From contig OX597815.1 in NCBI GenBank assembly GCA_951406725.2, positions 54,622,001 through 54,686,000 of the forward strand: a DNA stretch of 64,000 bases, given 5' to 3'. Origin of the DNA: Octopus vulgaris (Eukaryota). The notes beneath the pieces are model-generated. The model saw only the letters and a program-made list of their open reading frames with translations. It was not told the DNA's origin and made no database searches. Both the position numbers and the translations under genes were made by a program. Of the stretch, positions 55,204 to 64,000 are shown one piece after another (position 1 is the first letter of the stretch; each line of letters starts with the position of its first letter).

Positions 55204-56272
55204 CGTTGGTGGAATGCATCCGCGCTCTCTGAGATATGCAGTACAAATAATGTCGTAGCAGATATCAGTTAACTTTTGGCCGATATTTGGACCCTGTTGT
55301 GTCCACTACTCTGATTGGTTGGCATTGGCGCGGTTTGTCTCTTGACTTATTTCGCGCCAATGTGTAAACCAACCAATCAGAACCTTCTAATAAGATCATG
55401 TGAGACAGCTTGTTCACAATCCAATTTGAGCCTCCCTTTTGCTTTAAAAGGCGCCAGCAAATCACTATATGTCGTCTTTGGTCTCTGCCGCGACCAACCA
55501 GACCAGCCAGTTCCAGCGGCCCAGCCATGTTCCTGCGACGACACCAACATACATCATCAAGCAGGACGTATTCCACTACCGTCGCCTTCATCTCAACGAC
55601 GCCTTTCTCTGCAGGCGCCATCGCCATCGTCGACTGCACTTTGACGCCGTCGTCAACACCGACGCCTTAGCTTATCGTAGCCCTTCAACTTCTCGTTGTC
55701 TCCAGCAACGCCTATACGTACACAGCAACTCGCTCAGGATTGACTTTATACGCTGTTGTGATATTCACCAAGGCTAACAGCACAGACACCTGCGAGATCT
55801 TCTGCACCAATGTAATCTGGCAATTGATTGAAGCATCAACTTCTACACGCGTAGTAACCGCTCTCCTCTTTGCTACCAACTTCATAGACACAGAACCACT
55901 GCTATTGTGTACCTGTACGAACAGGTAAATTTATCTTCATCTTGTGTCTGGACATTCATTCTTTGCTCTGTATTGTTGTCTCACTCTTGTAACACACAGA
56001 CACAATCACTTGTCACACGCACCGTTGTTAGCACTTACAACGGACACACAGGCATATGTCGCACGCACTCAGAAACACTCTACTAGCATTCACACACACT
56101 CATTATTGTACACATCTGTAAATAAAGTATTTCTCTCCCAGACAGTAGAACGGTTGTGTTGTTCTCTCTTATTCTTTACTGGCACTCCTTATTCGTTTAT
56201 ACCATGCATTTCACTTTTTTCTTTGTAGGCGACCGTGTGGCGTTTTAAAAGCAGATTTTTCTGTCACCAACT
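55204..56272 (+). mobile_element. Probable solo LTR, ~1.07 kb
   Basis: Terminal inverted GTTGGTG...CACCAAC (outermost T and A mutated), CCAAT-rich block at 55310-55380, TTTAAAA TATA-like motif at 55443 and AATAAA at 56121. No TSD found. Confidence 0.5.
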
Positions 56273-56929
56273 TCTTTACGCACGGTCGTTCACTACATAT
56301 CCATTCACCGTAAGACGCTGGTGAGAGGGACAAATGCACACACACACACACACATATATATATGATTCTATATATATAATATGTGTGTATATATATGTGT
56401 GTTCATGTGTGTATACAACCTTCAACAAAATAACAGACATGTATACAACTTGAGCAGACACATATCAGTACATAAACATACGTTCACATGAACATACACA
56501 TGTGTACACACACAGACACTTCTACTCACTTAAATCATCATCATTATCATTGTTCGACTCGCGTACTTACATAAGTACAACGTACATACATACGTACATA
56601 CATACATACATATATACATGCGTATAGGCATGCACACATGCATACGCACATACATGTACACACACATACATACATATATATATGCATACATACATACATA
56701 CGAACATATATATCATGAACTAACTGTTACTTTCACGCATACAGCACGGTATTTTGTCAGTGAACAGGTCGCGGCCTCAAAGCGACGAAAATATTTTGGA
56801 AAATTAAATTTAAATATTGAAGTGAATCTAACGGTTTTTGTGTTTTTGTAAACAACTTCCACGCAGCAATTATTTTCGTTCCAGCACACGTTCTCAGATC
56901 AGGGCACTTGCTATACAAGTACATCTCCG

Positions 56930-56967
<38 letters not shown>

Positions 56968-56990
56968 ATTATTATTATTATTATTATTAT

Positions 56991-57544
56991 GAGTGAGCGA
57001 GCAGAGCATGCCATCAAAGTGACACTGGGGTAAAATATACGAAGCCCAGTATACCCATCATGACTACCCGTCTGATAAGGGTACACCAGACACATGCATC
57101 AAAACCATATGTGCGCGACATGGTGATCTCATATCAAGATAAACAGCACATGACCTTGCAGGTGGAGCCCAGTTAGAATTTTCTTCAGATCGAGTAACCC
57201 ATCCCGTTCAAAAGGTCCCTGAATAAGGGTTGTTTAAGGACGTTGAACGAAACACCCATGTTTCCAGAGGTGAATTATTCAAACCCCAAAGAATCCTTCT
57301 CAACACAAGGCTATGATGCTCCCCCACTACTTCTGCTCGTGATCAGAGATGCACATATCGTCAGCCACTAAGGGACATGTTCAACTGGTTAAGGTCAAAC
57401 AACTGACAAGCAAATCTGTGGTATTGAGCAGAATATTTGCTGTAGCCCATCTTTTATACCAAGACAAAACAATGTACATGATAACACTTCCAATCAGTTA
57501 AGATCAGAAGCCATGAGAGCCACTGCCTGGTACTGCATCAGGGC

Positions 57545-57548
<4 letters not shown>
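56991..57548 (+). mobile_element. 558-bp non-coding interspersed element embedded in (TTA)n; orientation uncertain
   Basis: (TTA)n on both sides (56961-56990 and 57546-57592) and a second partial copy at 18344-18481. No credible ORF, TIR or tRNA head. Confidence 0.75.
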
Positions 57549-57593
<45 letters not shown>

Positions 57594-57621
57594 TAACTGA
57601 ATGCCACGAATCCATTTCCAA

Positions 57622-57677
<56 letters not shown>

Positions 57678-57694
57678 TTATTTATTTATATAAC

Positions 57695-57835
57695 ACGGGA
57701 TTCTTTCAGTTTCCATCTACCAAATCCATTCACAAGGTCGACCTTGAAGATACCCGAGATACCAGAGAGTGGGACTAAACCTAGAACCAAGTAGTTAGGA
57801 ACCAAGCTTCATATCATACAGTCATCCCTGTGCGT
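57695..57835 (-). mobile_element. Family B SINE fragment, degenerate
   Basis: TTCTTTCAGTTTCCATCTACCAAATCCATTCACAAGG...AGTGGGACTAAACC. Confidence 0.6.
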
Positions 57836-57859
57836 ATGTGGAAGATATATAAAGAAATC

Positions 57860-58075
57860 ATCGACTGCATTGTCTCTAGATGCCTAAGACCGAATAGATC
57901 CACGGATATAAGCAGTGTGCCTGCACAGGAAAATATGCAGGAGTTATAAAATCAAGAAAACTTTGGTATAAACTTCAGCCAAACATTGTCACTGACAACA
58001 GTGATGCAACATACCTTGGGGTATACCCATTCATTCCGACAGAGAGATAAAAACAAACAAGCCTGATATTACTAT
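57860..58075 (+). pseudogene. Dong/R4-like REL endonuclease relic, continuing after the Gypsy element at 63126-63290
   Basis: IPIHSDREIKTNKPDIT matches MPIHTDREIKANIPDIV in the 16354-18274 element. The reading continues as (V)INDEK after 63125. Confidence 0.6.
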
Positions 58076-58355
58076 TGTCGTGATGAGAGTCACAACGCCC
58101 CCTTGCGAGAAATAGACTTGACCGAGCGATGATAAACAGTAGCGGCCGAAGTGAAGTTTGTGGGTGTTAGCTCAAGTTGTTCGGGTCGTACGTGTTTTGA
58201 GGGGCTGGAGTGTTTCTGTTGTGGGTTGCCATATTTGTTGTTTGGGTATTTATTGTTTGAGTGATTGTTGATGCGGTTTAGCGTCGCGCGGCGTCTGTTC
58301 TGGCGGCCGTTGTCTGTCTGAGGTGATTGTGAGCAGCCTCTCCCTAACGGGTGAG

Positions 58356-59436
58356 ATGGCCGGGAGGAATTTGTTTGAAAGTTTGTCGGAATTGTCGTCA
58401 TCTGGGGGGGGGGGAGTTGAGGGAGCGGTGGAAGAAGTGGATGGAGGGCTGGAAGGGACGTATGCAGGAGTGATGAGGCCGAAGGAGGAGGAGGTGGACC
58501 TGGCAAAATTGCCAGGCTTCCGGGATTTTATGAAGTAGGAGGAGAGCGGCGAGGTCGAGCTGTCACCTCCAGCAAGGCGTGGCGAGGGTTCAACCGTGGA
58601 ACCATCAAATATGGAGTGTGCGTGAATGGAGGAGGAGGGATTGAGATGGTAGATATGGAGGCTGTTGAGGAGGCTTTGAAGCGGACTGGAGAGGAAATTG
58701 TTTACCTGACAAGAGGAATGGAGTATGGAGCTGTAACGGTGCAATATGGAAGTGAGAGCGTTGCCAGAGGGATGGCGGCCAAGGTGGTAAAAACGGAGAA
58801 GATGTACTTGCTGCCCTCGTATCTGAATAGAGGGACCACAAGAATTGGGGTGGAGGGAATACCTCCACACCTGGAGGGTGAATACATGACGGCGGCGGTG
58901 ATTGGGGGAAACGAGGAAAGGGTGGACATCCTCCACGCCACTATGAAATACGAAGGCGTGAGGGGTGCTACCTTGGACCTGAATGTACAGACAGAAGCGG
59001 AAACAATGGAGGGGCTGACAGAAAATATAGGAACGGGGAACATTATTATGAGAGTGTGGGTGGAGGGCAGGGCGCCCAGGTGCTATAAGTGTGGCCTGAG
59101 GGGTCACATAAGAGCCTACTGCCCTCCCCCACCAAAGGAAAAGGAAATCGTTACGGAGCCCCAAAAAATGGAAGACACCAAGGAGAGGGAGAACCAAACA
59201 GATAGGGAAGCAACTGAAGGGGAGGTGATCCAGCAAGAGTGGGAAGAAGGGAGAAAAAAATAAAAAGAAAGAAAAAAAACAGTACGAAACCCCAACCCAC
59301 CCCAACACCACCCGTACCCTCTGAGTCCCATCCTTCCCCTGCAAACAGCGATTCCACCCACTCCCCGCCTACAAGAAAAACAAAAGCAAATGCAGACACA
59401 CAGAACGAACAAAGTCCCAGGACCTATTTTTTATGT

Positions 59437-59468
<32 letters not shown>

Positions 59469-59907
59469 ATTTGACTCAAAAGCAAATAGCAAGGCCATGT
59501 AGGGGGACATGGAGTTAAGTACAGGGTGGTGTTCATGTAAAGAGTTCAGGCCACTTGAGGTCCAGGGAGGCTTTGAACAAAGCGGTCGTCGGCATCTTCA
59601 CCATCTCATCTGGCAGCTTGTTCCACGGATCCGCAACCCGGACGGAGAAAGCTCCTCTCCTTCGATTGCGAGGAAGAAGGACACCCAGAACTCAAAAAAA
59701 ATACTACATAAAGACGTATGGCGCGAACATGAAGATGGTAGTTACGCGGTTTTGAAAGATGAATTTATGGACACAATGGTGAGGAGGTGTGAGGAAGAGG
59801 GTATAAAATTGATGAAAGTGACAATGCAGGATGAAGTGATAGAGAAGTATGAAAGGAAAACGAAGAGTGTGATAGAAAAGCTAGGAATTGTGATTGGAAA
59901 TGGGTGA
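58356..59907 (+). pseudogene. Tx1/L1-type ORF1 protein (~440 aa reconstructed), disrupted
   Basis: MAGRNLF start, TAG at 58536-58538, frameshifts at ~58615 and ~59260, knuckle CYKCGLRGHIRAYC. Removing 59440-59670 restores an in-frame TYFLCV-RKKDTQ...IGNG*. Confidence 0.75.
59440..59670 (-). mobile_element. 5'-truncated CR1/L2-group LINE 3' end
   Basis: Minus-strand RRGAFSVRVADPWNKLPDEMVK...FKASLD...* (FSxRVxxxWNxLP motif), short 3' UTR and (TAAC)n tail. Confidence 0.8.
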
Positions 59908-60347
59908 TGAAGGACAGGTAAGTGGTGCTGGCGGATGGGGCCGTTCAGCACCGCTTTCATTTTTATCATTTTTATTTTAAAATTCATTTCTCATAATTTT
60001 AAATTGTTCTATGTCCCCAATGTGTTGTGATGTATTTCTCTGTGTCACCCCTAGTGGGTAATAAAGAAATAGTGTGTTAGCTCAAGTTGAGTCTTCAGCG
60101 AAGTCGGAAGATGTCGGTTGGTTAGTGTGTTTGGAATTGTTGGTTCGTGAAGAGATTGTTGTATTGTTACGTTGTTATTACGGCTGCATCGTTATCTTGT
60201 TTACTATTACTACACTTGTACAGTGTACCTAAACCATCCGTCACAATATCGTGGCGGCACCACGATACTGGAGACAGAGGTTACATCTGACGAGGGTTTC
60301 GAAGCTCACGTAGGTTATTTAACTTGTTCGTGATACAGCTTGTTAAA

Positions 60348-62750
60348 TGATGGAATACTTATTAGCTCCTATAATACAGTTGCTAAAGCAATAAGAACAG
60401 CAACAGGTGATACAGAAGCAACTAGCACATCAAAAACTACAACAATTATTGGAGCTATACGCAAAGAAGTCCAGAAATGCGGTAAGTTTATCTTCGGCAG
60501 ACGTTGTATCGTACTCCATAACAGAATTCAGTTATAATCCAGAGGAGGGTATAACTTTTACAGCGTACTACAGAAGGTATGAGAAGATTTTTCAAAACAT
60601 GGTCGGACGAAGAAAAAATAAGGTTATTATTACATAAAATGGCTCCATCCGAGCATGAACCATACTGTAATTTCATATTGCCCAAACAGTCTAGGGAAAT
60701 TTATTTTCAGGAAACAATCAAATTGTTGCAATTTAACTAAAAAAAAATGCGGATGATGATTTTATTACGTATGCAGGAACAGTCAACAGAATGTGTGAAA
60801 CTTTTTAACCTTAAAGGACTTACTCCTGAGATGTTTCAATGCGCCATTTTTGTACAAGACCTTACAGCAAATTAAGATACAGAAATACGGGCAAGAATAC
60901 TTTCAAAACCTTGACTGTTGCAGACGAGTATCAAAGAATGGTGAACCTAAAACATGACCTAAGAAAAATTCAGGAAAAGGATTTCGCAAAAATACAGATA
61001 TGTCGACAGAGAAAGTATAAGCAAAGAAGATTGCTAGGTACTAATCCATGTTACAAATGTGGAAGCCTACATTTCAGAAAAGATTGTCTTTTTAAAAACA
61101 AACAATTTTACAGTTGTCAAAAGTTTGGACACAAAACTTCACATTGCAGAACTAAATTACGAAGATCGAATATAAAAAATCCTAAAGTGCTCTTAACAGA
61201 AAGTAAAATCGACTCCCAAATAAGAAAATGTGTACATGTAAAGCTAAACGGAGATTACTTAAATTACAAATTAAATTACAACTAGTTACGTGGAAGAAAA
61301 CAGGGAAACCTATGTTAAGAAAAACAGCGAAAACTGCACGTGGCGTGACGAGTAACAAACTACACTTTGTAGGCGAAATGTGGAATGATGTCAGGTTTCG
61401 AGGAAAAATTAGCAAGGCGAAAGTTTTCGTCATAAAGAACGCAATCAATCTATTTGGTACCGACTGGTTGGAATTATTTGACTTACGGGATGTCCCAATA
61501 AGCTGGTACTGTAAAAAAAATTAAATGGCTGACCCACCAGTGAAAAGAACTCGGCAGCTGAATTGAAGAAAAAAATTAACTAAAAACGTTGTGTAGTAAT
61601 GTTATTCACAAACTACCAGTGACAGCGCATGATATGAAAATGAAATCCGCAGAGAATAATTACATTAAAAGAATGAAAGAAATGTTGAAAAATAAGCAAA
61701 ATAAAAATACAAATTCGAATAATTTTTCACTGTGCGACGACTTTTTAATATACATGCAAAGAGTGGTAATGCCAACTGCACTACAGAAACGAATATTGAA
61801 GAAATTCCACAGGGGACACCTGTAATGTCGAGAATGAAAGCCTTAATGAGGACCTATGTATATTGGCTGACTATGGGCCGTGACATTAAAAATTATGTAA
61901 AATCATCTAGAGGTTGTGCGGTAATAGCCAAAGCACTGCCAATCGTGGCTCGAAACGAATAGTCTGTGGTCCAGCGTACATATCGACTATGCTGGACCGG
62001 TGAACGACGCATACTATCTAATCATTGTTGATAGCGGTACAAAGACAACCGCAAAGACAACAATGAAGTTCCTGTCTGAATTATTTGCCCGATACGGTGT
62101 TCCAGACACGTTGGTATCAGATAAGGGAACGGATAATGAATTCAAAAATTTCTACAAAATTCATGCGATAAAGCATATTTTTATCTGCCCTACCACCCGA
62201 GGTCAAACGGACTGATAGAAAGATTCGTTGATACTTTCAAGCTAGCGTTAAAAAATAGCGAGGAATAACGTAGGTAATGACGAAGCGCTAACGAAATTCT
62301 TGAGGGTGTATAGAGTAACGCCCAGTCCGAATACTAGTTCACGAAAGTCTCCGGAAGAGTTAACGTTCGCACGAAAAATAAAATCGATCTTCGATAAATT
62401 ATTGCCAGGTAAAAATATATTTCTTGGAAATACAGAAAAGGCAACAAAACATTTCGAAGTAGGAGATAAAGCTCATTTTAAAATTCTAAAGAATAGCAAA
62501 GAAGGCTGGGAGGATGGTTTTGTAACTGAATGATTAGGTAACATGATGTATATAATTAAAGGACAAAGTTTGGGATATAAGAGACACCTAAACCAATTAA
62601 AAGTGAGACATACTGTAAAACGAAAAGAAGTCTGCTGTGGCATGTTTGAGGTGCCATCACCGAAAGAGATTGAGCCTCCTAGAAGCAGCAGTAGAAAAAA
62701 GAAACAGACTGTACATTGAGAAATAATGCCAAAACGCAAAAGATATTAAA
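60348..62750 (+). pseudogene. Gypsy gag, protease remnant and integrase pseudogene
   Basis: FSYNPEEGITFTAYYRRYE; knuckles CYKCGSLHFRKDC and SCQKFGHKTSHC; NLFGTDWLELF; integrase HRGH...MKALMRTYVYW, HIDYAGP, YGVPDTLVSD and YRVTP. Confidence 0.85.
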
Positions 62751-63275
62751 TTTTAAAGAGAGAGTGAGAGGCGGAGAGTTGCTGGAAAAAGAAAGAAGAA
62801 AATAAATTTCACTTCTTACGGAAGTCGAAATCCCGAAAAGGAAGATGTGGTGATGAGATTCACGACGTCCCCTTGCGAGAAATAGACTGGACCGAGCGTC
62901 GGAGTGAAGTTTGTATATGTTAGTTCGAGTTGAGTCAGCAGTGAAGTTGGTAGGTGTAGGTTGCTTAGTTCGATTGTTGGTACATAAAGAGATTGTTGGA
63001 TCGTTACGTTGTTATTACGGGTGCATCGTTATCTTGGTTACTATTATTACACAGGTACAGTGTATCTAAACCATCCATCACAATATCGTGGCGTTACCAC
63101 GACATTGGAGATGGAGCATACAACAGTTATCAATGACGAAAAATTATAGGAGTCGTGTATATATAACGACTGCAAAATATCTTGCGAAAGAAAAACTTGC
63201 TTGAAAGTCAAAGATAAGCCCACCAAGTAGAAACAGCTGTAAGAGTGGACATATGTATTTGTTTATTTATTCCTG

Positions 63276-63672
63276 TGATTATAGTAAATAAATTTTACTG
63301 ATGTTTGTCAATTGAATCTCTTCTCCCTTTTCTTCCTTGCCTTATAAAAATTCTGGATAAACTTTTGTTTACCTACACTTGTACATATTATTCAATGGTA
63401 CTATTGCCTTGCAACAGATAGTAAGTCTTTGAATATAAATAGGTATCCCTCCAGTAGTATACTGGATATATATTATCCCTTAGATGATTGTCTAACCTCT
63501 AACTCCTATTTATATTCAAATACTTACTATCTGTTGCAAGGCAATAATACAATTGAATAATATGTACAAGTGTAGGTAAACAAAAGTTTATCCAGAATTT
63601 TTATAAGGCAAGGAAGAAAAGGGAGAAGAGATTCAATTGACAAACATCAGTAAAATTTATTTACTATAATCA
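63276..63672. repeat. Near-perfect palindrome with 168-bp arms (63276-63443 and 63505-63672) and a 61-bp spacer
   Basis: TGATTATAGTAAATAAATTTTACTG...GAATATAAATAGG pairs with CCTATTTATATTC...CAGTAAAATTTATTTACTATAATCA, 3 mismatches by manual comparison. Confidence 0.95.
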
Positions 63673-63689
63673 TATATATGTATATTTAT

Positions 63690-64000
63690 ATACTCTTTTA
63701 CTCTTTTACTTGTTTCAGTCATTTGACTGCGGCCATGCTGGAGCACCGCCTTTAATCGAGGAACTCGACCCCGGGACTTATTCTTCGTAAGCCCAGTACT
63801 TATTCTATCGGTCTCTTTTTGCCGAACCGCTAAGTAACGGGGACATAAACACACCAGCATCGGTTGTCAAGCAATGCTAGGGGACAAACACAGACACACA
63901 AACACACACACGCATATATATATATATATATATATATACGACGGGCTTCTTTCAGTTTCCGTCTACCAAATCCACTCACAAGGCTTTGGTCAGCCCGAGG
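63690..64000 (-). mobile_element. tRNA-derived SINE (family B), cut by the window end
   Basis: Reverse complement of the family B body and tail (CTTGTTTCAGTCATTTGACTGCGGCCATGCTGGAGCACCGCC). Confidence 0.9.

Larger units (their letters stand above)
58180..60073 (+). mobile_element. ORF1-only non-LTR retroelement (HAL1-like), copy 2 (different subfamily), inserted in the Gypsy 5' LTR
   Basis: Perfect 16-bp TSD GTGTTAGCTCAAGTTG (58164-58179 and 60074-60089); absent from the 3' LTR; ends CACCCCTAGTGGGTAATAAAGAAATAGT; only an ORF1-like gene. Confidence 0.85.
58076..63125 (+). mobile_element. Ty3/Gypsy (Mag-like) LTR retrotransposon, degenerate, lacking RT and RNase H; 5' LTR interrupted
   Basis: 5' LTR 58076-60285 (minus insertion) and 3' LTR 62846-63125, both TG...CA and clearly homologous. 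PBS-like TCTGACGAGG at 60286, PPT GAAAAGGAAGA at 62835-62845, imperfect TSD ACTAT/GTTAT. Confidence 0.88.

Noticed and set aside
55265-55777. Overlapping GC-rich ORFs
   Set aside because: They lie within the probable solo LTR, have no protein motifs, and are explained by local GC content.
58250-59344. 364-aa minus-strand ORF, the longest in the track
   Set aside because: It is the antisense shadow of the purine-rich ORF1 on the plus strand and has no recognisable motifs.

Overview
AT-rich eukaryotic DNA made almost entirely of transposable elements and microsatellites. The SINE families and repeat spectrum resemble octopus (coleoid cephalopod) genomes; this is an inference, not a database result. 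No host protein-coding gene or genuine tRNA/rRNA gene can be supported. Recognisable elements are Dong/R4-like REL-type LINEs, two DD34D mariners, a DD37D-like Tc1/mariner relic, a hAT transposon, Helitron and Helentron relics, RTE- and CR1-like LINE fragments, at least five Penelope-like (PLE) fragments, an RT-deleted Gypsy element, a probable solo LTR and many tRNA-derived SINEs. The most notable observation is two distantly related ~1.9-2.2 kb retro-insertions (20821-23062 and 58180-60073). Each has a perfect 14-16 bp target-site duplication and an AATAAA 3' end, and each encodes only a Tx1/L1-type ORF1 protein with a CCHC knuckle and no RT or endonuclease, i.e. HAL1-like 'half-LINEs'. The frame break in the first one sits on a U UUU UUA heptamer followed by a GC-rich stem-loop, a candidate -1 ribosomal frameshift signal. 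Other findings include type-I hammerhead ribozyme motifs in PLE-derived DNA, a four-layer nested insertion stack and a near-perfect 168-bp-arm palindrome. Boundaries of old relics are approximate.
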